This document shows positions 41,610-53,832 of a stretch of DNA of 64,000 nucleotides, in pieces. A model generated the notes under the pieces. The model had not been told where the DNA came from and ran no database searches. It worked only from the letters and a program-made list of their open reading frames with translations. The translations under genes and the position numbers were made by a program. Position 1 is the stretch's first letter, and every line of letters starts with the position of its first letter. Origin of the DNA: Camelus dromedarius (Eukaryota); assembly GCF_036321535.1 (NCBI RefSeq), contig NC_087436.1:41790001-41854000 (forward strand), written 5' to 3'.

Positions 41610-41820
41610 TCACCGTGGTGTGAGAGGAATGCAGCTGATCGCTGAATTAGCTTCTGTTGGAACGTATTCATGTGTAACATCCCACTGACTGGATGACATC
41701 ACAAGAGCTCCAGGTCCTTGAAAGTCTTGAGGATGATTAGCTGAAGGAATTGGCTGTTTCTGCCAATCATAATCCGGCAGAGCTGCCTTTATAGTTCTGG
41801 AGATGTGAGAGAAAGAGGGA
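41610..41820 (+). promoter_or_regulatory. Candidate Pol II promoter (non-CpG-island type)
   Basis: CRE-like TGACATCA at 41694-41701, inverted ATTGG/CCAAT pair at 41749-41767, TATA-like TTTATAG at 41788-41794, E-box CAGCTG at about 41631. Locally retained CpGs, non-repetitive sequence, directly upstream of a donor-terminated segment. Confidence 0.6.
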
Positions 41821-42260
41821 GGGAGGGAAAGACCGACCACAGCTAAACAAGCAGCACAGCAGCAGCAGCAACAGCAGAGCAGGAGCAGCTGGTATTCCGG
41901 TGATTAAATAGTTCTCATAGCCTTTTTCTGTACTCGGTCCGCTCCCTGGTGTAATTCTCGTGTCCAAGAAGGAAGCTGCATTTTAACGGTGTGCTGAACA
42001 GAGGTTTGAATCATTCCAGCTGGCTGCTTGTTTTGAAAAGGACAATGTGGGTATAAATAAAAAGAGACTCTGCTGGAAGAGTTGAGATACTAGGATTGGA
42101 GCTAAAGAGTGCGCTCGGAATATTAAGGCAGATTGCACGAACGGAAAGCTCCTTCTAATTAACCTGGAGTCAAGTGAATCTGAATACCGGATATCTCATT
42201 TTCTAACTCGGGATAAATTCAAGTTAGGAAAAGAAAAAAAAAATTGAAATGCTTCTCTAG
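41800..42260 (+). other. Candidate non-coding first exon (5' UTR) of an unidentified gene; 5' end uncertain
   Basis: Ends at a perfect consensus donor TAG|GTAAGT (42260/42261). About 16 CpGs counted by eye in 41610-42212 against a strongly CpG-depleted background. GA-rich and CAG-rich leader, no long ORF, no repeat similarity. Confidence 0.65.
41857..41877 (+). repeat. Interrupted trinucleotide repeat (CAG)4 CAA (CAG)2
   Basis: Directly visible within the candidate first exon. Confidence 0.9.
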
Positions 42261-45200
42261 GTAAGTTATTGCTTAATTTGCTGAAACTAAGGTATGTACA
42301 TTAAATGAATATATGCTGCTTAGCTATGTAAACAAGTTGATCACAATAAAGTTTTATTTGTGAAAGATTTATGTAGAAGCAGGTATTTTTTTAAATCAAA
42401 TGTGGTGTCCCTTTTCAGCATACGTGTGCTTACCTGTCATTTTATGCTTTGTAGAAGTTATATTTGCACTGTAAATGGAAAATACAGTCCTGCCTGAAAA
42501 AAAGGAACTTGAAATATTTGTAAACTGTTGCTGGAAAATTTGCATAATAAACATCTCACTTGACAACAGTTTTAGCCTTTTTGTATTGAAAATGCCGGCA
42601 TTCCAAACTCAACAGCAAAACTGTGGGGTTATAAATGTTTGCCTGAGAAGTGTTACTGATAACATGGCATTCAAATTACTAGAGATGGGAACTTCTCTCT
42701 TTGGGACCTGAGATTTATAGCCACGCTCTGTCCTAATGGTCTGCTTTGGAGAAACAGCTGTCACAGACATTTGAAATCGTATGATACAGTCATAAATTGC
42801 TGTTAAAAAAATAGATGCTTTCCTACTAGGTCCTATTAGGAAAGAAAAATAAATTTTTAGAACAATATATGCTATAAGCCCTAAGCACGGATTCCCAGGA
42901 GGACAAAAACAGCTGTGTGTTATACCTGTAAGTACTTCCAAATTCCTCATGAACAGAATAAGTTGGAAAATAAGAAATGTTATTCAAATATGGTTTTCAT
43001 TCAGCTCTTCCAATACCTCTGATAGAGAAAGCTGAAAAAAAAGGGGAGGAGGGGACTTTAAAGCTGTATTTTCCTTGTAATTTGTCCTGATTAATAAGAT
43101 GCTGTATTTTTCAGTTACTATCAAGAGTACTTCCAAGTGATGATATATTTTGTTCATTATAATAGGTTATACTGTGAGTTCTACTATAGCTCTGAAAAAG
43201 TTTCAGTAGTTTATAGTTTATTATGTTTTTTTCAAACTCAGCTTTTCTTGCTTTCACGGTGTCTATCAGAATATTTTTCATCAACTGAAGATCGTAAATG
43301 TTTGAAGGAAATTGCATACAAAGATATTGATGTGTTTACTTAACGATTTTAGTTATGCACTTTCTCACCAACTTCATGGTTCAAATCCTGTGAGTTTGTT
43401 GACACAAATGGAAATAGATGAAAACAAAAGTTGCTGTAATTGGTTGAATATCTTCAAAACTAGGAGGCAATAATTTTTTCCCACAAAGACTTAAAAGGCC
43501 TTTTTTTATATCAAAAGAATAATTTTAATTTCTTCAATTAAAATATTCCAGTTAGCTATATCCCGATGCCAGGTAGGTGCTGTGTTGGTCATGGTTTTTC
43601 ATGAAGCAACTAACTGTATGTCAAGATTGTAAGGTCCACTGACTAAAACAGTCTAAGTCTTAAACTGGAATTTATAAAAAAATGAATGATTAATAGGCAA
43701 AGTATATTCACCAGTTACATTTATCTCAGTGCAAAAATGAAAATTTAACACCTGCTGAGATCATTGATATTTTTATAATAAGGAATCCTGTGAATATTCA
43801 TCTTACAATGATCAATATCACACAGCACCTACATTGATAGAAGGCTCATGATAAGCTAGTGGAGAAGATTTTTGGAAACTGAACACTAAACAAAATTATC
43901 TTTTTTTTTTCCTTTAAACTCTATCTTAATGGCAGTTGGTCAGCACTAAGATTGATGGTTAGAAAATCCTTTGAAAAAATAATAATATGTATGACTTACT
44001 AACTATAACATGAAATTCACTCTTAGAGGGAGGCTATAAATGCAATTCAGAAACTCAGGCATCATTCCTAAATAAAAAGAGAGAAAACTTCATAAGGATT
44101 TTTAGTATTTACTTTCTATAAACTTGCCAATGTATGCAAGTTGCATTTTGTCAGCTGAAGTTATTATCTGAGAAATGTGTCCATTTAAGTGATTTTCCTT
44201 AAATACCAAAAGAAAGTAAATGGAGACTATTTTATATATAAATACATAAAAATCCTAATTAGGAATTTTTATATTTGATAACCAAAATCAAAATGCATGT
44301 TTATGTATGTATTCAACTCAAAAAGGACAATCGTTCATATTTTATCTGAGTATTAAAACTATTGTACCTATTCTGCTCCCCCCCAAAAAAATCATTCTTA
44401 AGTGAGTGTAGTTTCTTAATTCAAATCCAAATGCTAGCCTTATTTCTTAAAGATGCGAATAAATGCTTCTAAGTCAGATGCTTCTAAGTCAGTAAAATAT
44501 TTGTACCTAATAGGTCTAACATTTATATGATCCTCTAGCACATTCTGTTTGAGCGGGAAATGTACCACTGAGAATAAAATCCAAAGATCAAACTTTCTGT
44601 GCCTCATGTAGTAGTAACTACTCAGGGAGAAAAACAGAGAAGCGTTTTAGCATGCTTTGTTCAAACCAGAAGACTCTAGCTGGTGTTAGAAGATTCCCAG
44701 ATTTGGGAAGCAGCTGGGGAAACTTATAAAATAAAGCCAGAATATCAGTCCTGGCTGGAAGCCAAGGCAGAGAAGCAGTGCACCCAGAAGGCTAATTCTT
44801 TACGGGCTGAAATTCATTGATAACGCATTATGTTTAAAGTCTGACCTGAAGTTGTACTTTTTTTCTCTCTAGTACAAGCTGTGGGATATTTAAGGAACAC
44901 ATATCTTTTCTGAATAGAATACAATTTTAAGATAGCAAAGTTTTCTTCTTTATTAAAGGTTGCTCTAATGAAAAATGTAAATAGTATAGCTGAAACTCTT
45001 CTAAAATACAGTTTATACTTAGGAGCAGAAAGAGACAGAGATGAGCTGCATCGCCTAACCATTACCTTGGAGATGACAGAGTGGTCAGAAATGCCACACG
45101 TGGATACAAGCCCAAAAGAAGTGTGAAGGTTTTCTGAAAGTAACTGGCCTAGCAAAATTTACAGAAGTAGACATGCTAAAACTGAGGTAGTGTATGTCTT

Positions 45201-46459
45201 GTGAAGCTAGACAACAAAAGAGAAAGCTACTCTCATCCATTATGTATTCCAAATAACTAGGAAAAAGGGAAACCATGTTGTCTGTGAATTTATTTTAAGT
45301 TTATGAAGTGAGAGAAGTGGGTCGGGTGGCAGACATAATGCTGCTGCCTTCAGCCATCCGGGAATAACATTTAGTCAACCTTTTCTTTAACACTTCAGGA
45401 AATTTTCAGCTATACTGTTACAGGGAGTGTCAAATGGACTTTTTTTTTAGTTATTTTGAGCAAACTTTAGACATCAGAAGTGTCAATTGCAGTACAGAAC
45501 TTTTATAAATACAGTCTTATTTCCAAGCTTTCTTTATCTCAGTTTTCTAAGGAATGCTATCACATTCTAGAGTTGACAAGTCTAAAATTTCTTTTAGAAT
45601 AATATTGAATTGATAACAGATTTTTCCCCAAAGCCAAAACAGTCTGATGATGAAATCCAAACCTATCAATGGCTTTGAGCATTTCAAAACAAATAGATTT
45701 TTAAGAATGTGAATAGTAACACGTTATTCATTCCTACTGGTGAAAATGTTTGCAGATATAAACTGATCTATTCATTTCCTTTGCCATCTTATAATTTCTC
45801 TGTAGTCAAAATATCCATATAATTCAGACCATGACAGACTATGATAAAATAGCCTACATAAGACAAACTAAATGTTGGCTTTAAACTGACTCACTAAGGA
45901 AATTAGCATCTATAGACCACCTTAAAAATATTTTTTCAGGAGATATATTTGATACTTTATAAATATGAAGTGATAATCATGATTAAGTAATTGGAATTAA
46001 GGAAACTTGAGAAGAAATGAAGGAGTTAAAAAAGATTGTGTTTGAATGCTTGAGAACTTAATTTGGTGTGATATACTCAGGAGATTTTGAGAAAACAAAA
46101 CTGAATATTCTGTTAAGTTCTAGAATAAAAACTTCTGTGTCAAACTCAATTTTCACACTTCTTAGAAATTATTGTTTTCAATATTTAAAGAGTTTGATAG
46201 GAAGGCAACTTTTAACAAGCTAACACACACCACGTGCACACACACAACAAAAACACTTCTTCTCTTTCCCCAGATTAAGAGAATTTTCCCCACTTTGGAC
46301 CTTCTACCATCAGATGAAGCTGTGTTGTGCTTGATTTCAAATATTTAACCTCCTCATTAATAGTCTTTAATGCAATGTATTTTCCATCATAACTTTATGG
46401 AAGTTGAAAGCTGGGCACATGCGTTCACACAAAAAGTAAATGTAGAAATGCTTCCTTAA

Positions 46460-46672
46460 TCTCTTTTCCCCCACTTTTTTCTCCTTTTCTTTTCCTCCTT
46501 TTCCTTCTTCTTTCCTTTTTCTTCCTCTCTCTTCCCTTCCCTTCTCCTCCTTTCTTCTTGGCTCCCCTCTTTTCTCTCTCCCCACTTCTTCCTTTTCTTT
46601 CTTTCCTTCCTTCCTCTCTCCCTGTCTCCCTCCCACCCTTCCTTCCTCATTCCCTCCTTTCTCCTCTCTCTT
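46460..46672. repeat. Pyrimidine-rich (CT/TTCC) low-complexity tract
   Basis: Almost exclusively C/T on the + strand; source of the spurious E/K/R/G-rich minus-strand ORFs. Confidence 0.9.
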
Positions 46673-47884
46673 GACTTTTGCCACTTCAGCTCAGAGGCTG
46701 TCGTGCAAAGTCCAGGAGCACAGCACTCGTGTTAATACATCAGGTATTATTCATCTGAAGGCCAGGTCAGAACATGGGAATGGGTGGGGAAAAAGGCACA
46801 GAAAAAGGGGGTAAGATACGCGAAACAATAAAAGAAAGGTAAGATAGGATGGGAAATTCATGTCAGAGAAGTAGTGATGTTCACCTTAAAATAGTACCTG
46901 TTCTCCTACCTATGAATTTCCATTTAATTGACTAAATTCTTTAAGTGGAATCTTTTGCTCTCTTTCCATATGCTTCCCTTTCACCGCCAGTGGAAATTTT
47001 TTCATGCAGCAAATGCAGCTTAGTGGCAAAAATAAAATAACAATAAATGGAAATAATCTTTATGCTGGTATTTTAAACCCCCATAAATCATTTTTTTATT
47101 TAATAGTTTAAACATAGTAACATTCATATGCAGCCTAAAGGCCGACTGCCATGTGCTAATGGAAGAAAAAGAGAGAAGAGAAAGCTATTTTGCACATTAA
47201 GATGCTCTGGCTTGACTCCATTCCTGAATCAGAAATTCAATTGTAGACTGCTGATCCACAGAATTTGTCATATTTCATCAGACATCTCGAAAGAGTTCTT
47301 CTTCTTGATGTACTGAATAGTCTTTCACGCCTACATAAAAATAATTTAAACCTCAGAAATAAATATAGCGACATTAAAGATTAATACAGGAAAAGGAAAC
47401 AGATGCAGAAATGCATATGCTCCTGTGAACGCATATAAAAGTCTTAATTCTATTCATTACTCTAAAGTGCAAATGAATAATTAGAATTTGAATTAAATTT
47501 CATTTGTTTCCCAACCAGTCTTTCACAAATAGTTATGTCAATCCAATTGAGATTTCACATACTATAATACATAATAATACATAATACATAGTAAATAATA
47601 CATAAAGTCAAACCCAGGCAATAAAATTACACTTATTAATTCATTTCAACTATTATGTTTCCTGATGATCTCAGTTTGTGAAGCCGCTTTCCTTGAAATA
47701 GGGCACTTTTTTAATAACCACGGAAAAGATGCCTAAATTGGTCAGTCGAAGTTTAACTCAATTTAGTATTTAGGTTATTCTCTTTCTCCATCTGGACATA
47801 TTTTTCACTTTAAACAGAAAAAAAACAACTTATCATTTTTGTTCAGTAATGTTCATAGTGATAAAAATAATAAATATACATATT

Positions 47885-48095
47885 ATTTTTAACATGGCAC
47901 CGTTGAAAATACGAGACTGAACAAAACAGCTCTCAGGAGACTTGCATTCTGGTGGGAGAAGAAAGGGAGTAAACAAATGAAGACCCTGTAGTGAGGCTGT
48001 TTTGTTCTATGAGATGAACAAGGTGCTAGGTTCAAGGGTGTAGGTGAAAGCTAGAGAGCTGATCAGGAAGTACAGTTCTGATAAACTGAGACTCA
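47885..48095 (-). mobile_element. L2 3' fragment
   Basis: 'atggcaccgttgaaaatacgagactgaacaaaacagctctcaggagacttgcattctggtgggagaa...gatcaggaag...actgagactc'. Confidence 0.55.
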
Positions 48096-49869
48096 GAAAG
48101 TCTATTTACCATAGACTATATGCCAAAGTAAGAACATTGCTTCATTTTGTAGACAAAATGTAATGAGGACTAGCAACTCTTTGTAATATGCAAGCTGACA
48201 AGCTGAATTTTGACTCCGCCTTTTGATTATTCTCCTTGATTCTGTGAAATTGTCTGGTAGAGTTTGGGGTATGACACATGGTTTACTGTTACTTTCCCTG
48301 TAAAATGGAAAGATCAATGTGTTTTAGAAAATGTAATTCTCAACTTTACTTCTACTTTTTACATTCCAAGGTATTTAACAAGTAGTGTGTGAGTAGATTA
48401 TCTCAAATTATTGTATTTTTTTTCTAGTGCCTGAAAGTTAATGCTATTATTTAAACTCAAGCAACAGAAGAACTGGTCCCCTATCTCATTCTCACAAATT
48501 GGTGGGTGTGAGAAGTTGTATTCCAAATCATCACTCGGTTGGCTGGAACGATGGACTTAGCATAATGAACTTACAGAGGGATAAATGTAATTACTGAATT
48601 TTTAAAAAAACATTCCATCAATTACGAAAGTATGTGAAACTCAACAAGAAGCAAAAGTTTAATAAGGCTAATACAATGCTAATCAACCTTAAACTGAATT
48701 CACAGAATCACAGCACCAAGAGCAAAGAAACAGTGATCCTAGTTAGCACAGGTCTGACATCATTTTGCCTGCTCGCCCATCTCAGGTTCCTGATGCCTCA
48801 TGTCGGGAGCAGTCTTCTCTGAGCTTCCTTTCCCTGCCGGGTGGACCACTGTCCTTGCTCTATTCTCGTGATTGTATCACAGTGCCTGTTGCCTTGTGAT
48901 GTAATTATTATGTGTTTATCACCACCCCTCATTTAACCAAAAAACTTGATAGCATGAATGCTTAGAGAGTGTTTGACCAAGAGGCAGATAGCAAGAGTGT
49001 GATAAATGTCAAATGTGATGAATGTAAAATGTGACATCTGGGTAGCCCGTCAGGTGAACAAAAGTTGAAGAAACCTTGATATGATATATAAGGAAAAAAA
49101 GACTATGGAGAAACAGTATAGGTACCTTTATATGTTGCAGGGCTTTTTTTTCTTAATGAAAATGGAATTTGCTTTAGAGTATGTGGCACCAGCAGACTAA
49201 TATGAAATATATTGGGATGTAGTTTCTGTCCAATATCAAGAGAAACTGTACATCCTGAAAATCAGTGAGATTTCAGTCAGACAGAGCAATCACAGGTTGG
49301 AGTGCTACTTATCCAGAAGACTTCTGTGGAAGGAAAGTCTGCCATGTGTAGATAAATGTGGCTACCAAAGTGTCTTGAGTTTTTCATCATGTGACTGTAA
49401 GGAGTGTGGATAAAGGCTTTAGAGTAAACAATCTGCCCACTTCAAATGCAGCTCTAGCATTTAGTTAGAAGACTGGTCAACAAAATTCAAGTAAATAATG
49501 ATTAGGTAAAATTACATAGCAGGAATATTTGTATTAATCAGGCTGTGTCCTAGAGCATAAAAGCAACTTTTCTTAAAAAGGTCATTTTAAAAAGTGCATA
49601 AGCTCTTAAAGAAAATGAAATGATAAATTTCTTAATTGAGCAATGAATTGATTTTTTTTTTTATTTAAACATATTGGTTTAACTCCTCATTCGAGCCTAT
49701 CCAAGGAAGAAAATATCAAAAGATTAGGTGCATGAGTGAGAAAGATAATTCTGGCTTCCATGAACTTCTAAGTGATAAGGATTATAAAGATTGTTTGGCT
49801 TCATTGTGACATATGAGTCTTGTTAGAGAAGAGTTGCAGTCATGTTATCAAACTGAATTGATTTAAATG

Positions 49870-50135
49870 TGAGGTGGCATTACAACACAGAAGGCAGGAG
49901 GTAATGTTAAATTCCACCAAAGCTAGAGTTAGAATCTTGTAATATAACCTTAACAAAGCTAATTAACCCTTCTGGGCCTCAGATTCATGATCTGCAAATA
50001 ATAATATACTTTTTTTAAATATAAAGAATAATAACTACTTCATAGAATTGCTGGGAAAGCTAAATGTGACAATAAGCATAAAGTTCTGAGTGCAATTTTG
50101 GAAGCATGAGAGGTGTTAAAATAATAGAAGTAATT
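49870..50135 (+). mobile_element. MIR SINE
   Basis: 'ataaccttaacaaagctaattaacccttctgggcctcagattcatgatctgcaaa...aataataactacttcatagaattgctgggaaagctaaatgtgacaat'. Confidence 0.7.
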
Positions 50136-52989
50136 ATTACTTACATGTGTCAGTACTCTGACTGTGGCCTGCAATGGAGCATTTTGTACTGATTTAAAGA
50201 AACCCTTGAGTGATGAGTATTGACTGTTTCCAGTCCTCTTCACTTGGAGATAATGGTCGAAATCACATTTTGCACTGTCTTTACTGTATTTTTGATCACA
50301 TATTTGAATATTAACAATATTAAATCCATCTTAAAGGATCAAACTTCATTGGTCAACAGTTCATTCTGACTCCACACAGTTTTGAAAATTAACTGAGATT
50401 CAAATATCTTAAGGGAGACAGACCATTAACCAGAAGAAAATACTATCAGAAAAAGGTGCCAAACAGTTTGTCTTAATTTTCTGGCATGCTGAAGTAAGGA
50501 AAAATGTGGGATTGGAAGAAGATAAGGCAAAGTTTCAGAAACTGAAACTGGATAGAACTAAAACAAATACAAATGTTACTTCACTTGCAATTTTCTCTAG
50601 TAAAACACTAAGAACTATTTCATGTGGTGTCTATATTGACATATTTCCTAGAATTTTTACAAAAGTTACTTACGAATGTTTTAAAAGGATGCTAGGTACT
50701 GAATCAAAATAATTCTTTCAGGAAGCCTATTTGGTAGAAAATACTGGGAACGTATGGCATGTAAAACATTTTGTTGATCTTCAGGATATCTTTGGGGAAA
50801 AGAAAGAATAGGGAAAATGAAAAAAAATGGTTTTGTTTTACACGTGGAAACCATGTAAACATGTGAAAATTATGCTGCTACATAATTTTACCCAGTTGTT
50901 TTCCTGGAACCAGCTTTGAGGTGAGCAGACTGGTTATTATCCACATTGCTTGTAGCCCCACAATGAGAAACACAAGAGAGCTTGGTAACCCCCATCTTAC
51001 TCCTACTCAAGGCAGGCCTTCCTTTCACAGATACCTTTGGACAATAGACTGAACTTCTCTAAATTACTAATGTTGACCCAGACTGAGAATAAAAAGATAC
51101 CGATTATATTTTCAGTTTTACCACACACGTGTTGGTATCTTAAATTGACCTTATGGCTTTCACATTTAGCACAAGATCACTTGCACTCCTCCTGTTCTTT
51201 TCTCCCAAAGATAGTTTGAAGATCAACAAAATATTCTACATTTCATGATCTCCCAGTATTTTTTACCAAATAAGCTTGGTAAGTGATTATATTGGTACAG
51301 TGCCTAACATCCTTTTAAAGCATTCATAAGTACTGTTTGTAATAATTCTAGATTCCACTCATCGAGTATTAAAATAGGAGCCTCTCAAAAAATGTTGCCT
51401 CTGAAAAGTAGCAGAATGCTTGAAATCATTCCATGTCTCTTCTCATGAGTTTTTATCATGAGCTTTTTCCAAACTTTGAGAATTGTGTATCCTGAATCAG
51501 TTTGGGTGGGAAGATGAACTTCTATATGGAATGTATTTATGTGTGACCAGTCATGTTATTTCTGGTTGATGGCCAAGCTGGTGTTTTACTCTGCAGTATC
51601 TAAAAGTTAAAATAACATAAAATACAAAGTAATTATTTAAAAAAAATAGACACAGATTACCAGTGAAACTGAATGGAGCATGTCTGTCTTTGGTAAAGGA
51701 CTGTCTGACTCTTTTGTGCTGTGTAAAATGAAGAAGCTCTGAGAGAGAAAAATAAGTAAACGGTGGAAATAGTAACTATAAGATATAGAAAAGCCAGTTA
51801 GGAAATAGATCAGCAAAAAAAAAAAGCTCAGTATTTCCATTTCAATAAAGTTCTTTATATCTCTTGTTTATAGCAATGAAATTCTACCTCTTGCCATGTA
51901 GGGTGTGGCTACAGATCAGCAGTAACGGAGGAGGACACCTAGAATCAGTCAGAAAATGTGGGCTCACATCAGCTGTGTGATTGGACAGGTGTCTTCGCTT
52001 TTCTGTGCATTAAATTCTCCACTTATTCATTCCTGGAGTTCTTTAAAAAAATAATTTCAATAACTAAAGTTTATAGCTGTTTGTACACAGGATAAAGAGT
52101 GTCCTTTTAAAAAGAGTTTATTTATATTTCCATTACAAGCAGCTCAAAATCAGTAGTATATAATGTTACACAGATAATATCCTGATAGTGAGATAATATA
52201 ATGAAAAAAAAAACCTACTAGAACTTCCTATAAACTAGATAATAGACTTCAGTTATAATGCCCAAAAACAATCTAAATTTTCTCCAGGCATTTATGTATT
52301 GAGTCCTTTAAGAGTCTCTAGATAAGAAAGTCAGTGGTAGAAAAGTGGTTGTTGAAATGAATTTTAGGAGATAGTAATCTTTTGTTACTCTGCTGTAGGC
52401 AAATCCTATCAATAATGATAAAGTAATACTTCAGTTCAAAGGGAGAATAATTAAAATATTGGAAGTATAGATTCTGAGAGACTCTGGATTTTTATGTAAC
52501 TTGTGAACATAAGTTGTAATACTATTAGTAACACATTAAAGTCACAAATAAAGACAATATAAATTTTTAAGTAATTTATAGTTTAATAAATCCCTTTGTG
52601 ATTTCTTGAAATTAAACTTTGATACTAAATATCAAGCAAAATTCTTTTTCTCTCTGCTCTATGCATTTATAGGTCAAGAAGTTCTCATATGGTAATTTCA
52701 TTCATTTATCTCTATATCTTATAGTTTTCTTACCTGTAAGAATAGGAGAGCTAAGTGAGCATTTTATGTTTCATGGATAACCGCTTCCACGATTGTCTGC
52801 TGAGATAATTAACAAGGATGCAGATCAATACTAAATATAGTAACAGTATTTAAAGAATGATTATTGAGCTAACCCAAAGCAATTATCAGTTGATGGCAGT
52901 CACTTTATTGCCATTGGCTATAAGTTGATTTAACTAAAATGTTGGAAGAAAAATACCAAAAAATTAATACTGTATTGGAATTCTAAGGG

Positions 52990-53832
52990 CAAAATCGGCA
53001 TGTCATTCCCCTGCCTGGTCCTGGCTCTTGTTTTCTTCTCTGTTTCAGATCTCTTCCCTCCCCCCTAAAATCCAAATCCTCTCATTCTTCAATGATTAGA
53101 CGAATTTACTTCCTTCTCTGAGTCCTCTCCTAACTACTTCAAGTCCATAGGACTCTCTCGTTTCCCTGAAATCTCAGCACACCCTTACAGTTTTCACTTG
53201 GCAACAAGTTTATGTTTCTATTAACTCTTTCGCTTTTTCTTTTTACTTGCAGTTATTCTTAACTTGTTCACCACCTACTTCCTTCTCAACTCAGCTTAAT
53301 CTTTTACTTGACTTCACTACACACTGGACATTTTGTTAAGGTCATCAAAGTCAAGGTCAATTTTTCTGTTGTATTTCTTGATTCATTTATAGTGTTCACT
53401 TCTTGATCAGACACATTTGTGTCCCTTTGCCTGTAGCTTTCATGGCTGTCTTTCTCTAACCGTAATTCAAGCCGTGTCAAAGGTTTTAATGGTAGACCTA
53501 TACCCTTTAACTTACCATTCCAGCATAGACCTTAAATTCTATTCTGATATATTTAACAGCCTAGTGGACATTGTTTTTGAATATCTCATAGACATTTCCA
53601 AAAAAATGTATTGCGTTCCACTTATTTTCCCTACCCACATCTTTTCTGCTTCCATATAACTTTTTACTTTTCCTCTTATCACACTTGTCATGGTCTATTG
53701 CAATTGCCTTTTTACTCCAATGTGTCATGGAATAGATTTCCACTGCTTTGAGAGAGAAGAAGCAATGTTTATCAGGTGAATAGTGCAGCTGTTACTTGGT
53801 AAGCATTTAGTAAATATTGAATGAATGAATGT
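52990..53832 (+). mobile_element. Cluster of decayed L2 fragments ending in an L2 terminus
   Basis: L2-like pyrimidine-rich motifs, terminating 'gtaagcatttagtaaatattgaatgaatgaatg'. Confidence 0.5.

Noticed and set aside
41980..42000. Possible REST/RE1 site (TTCAGCAC on the minus strand)
   Set aside because: Only a partial left half-site; the GGACAG right half is absent at canonical spacing.
41800..42260. Assigning a gene symbol to the candidate first exon
   Set aside because: The architecture fits many large mammalian genes and I do not recognise the sequence with certainty; a BLAT search is required.
43115..43165. Possible 51-nt second exon (tttttcAG...tag|GTTATA)
   Set aside because: The donor is weak, the segment is AT-rich and indistinguishable from intron, and there is no other support.
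46367..46684. 105-aa charged ORF on the minus strand
   Set aside because: Same artefact from the CT-rich tract.
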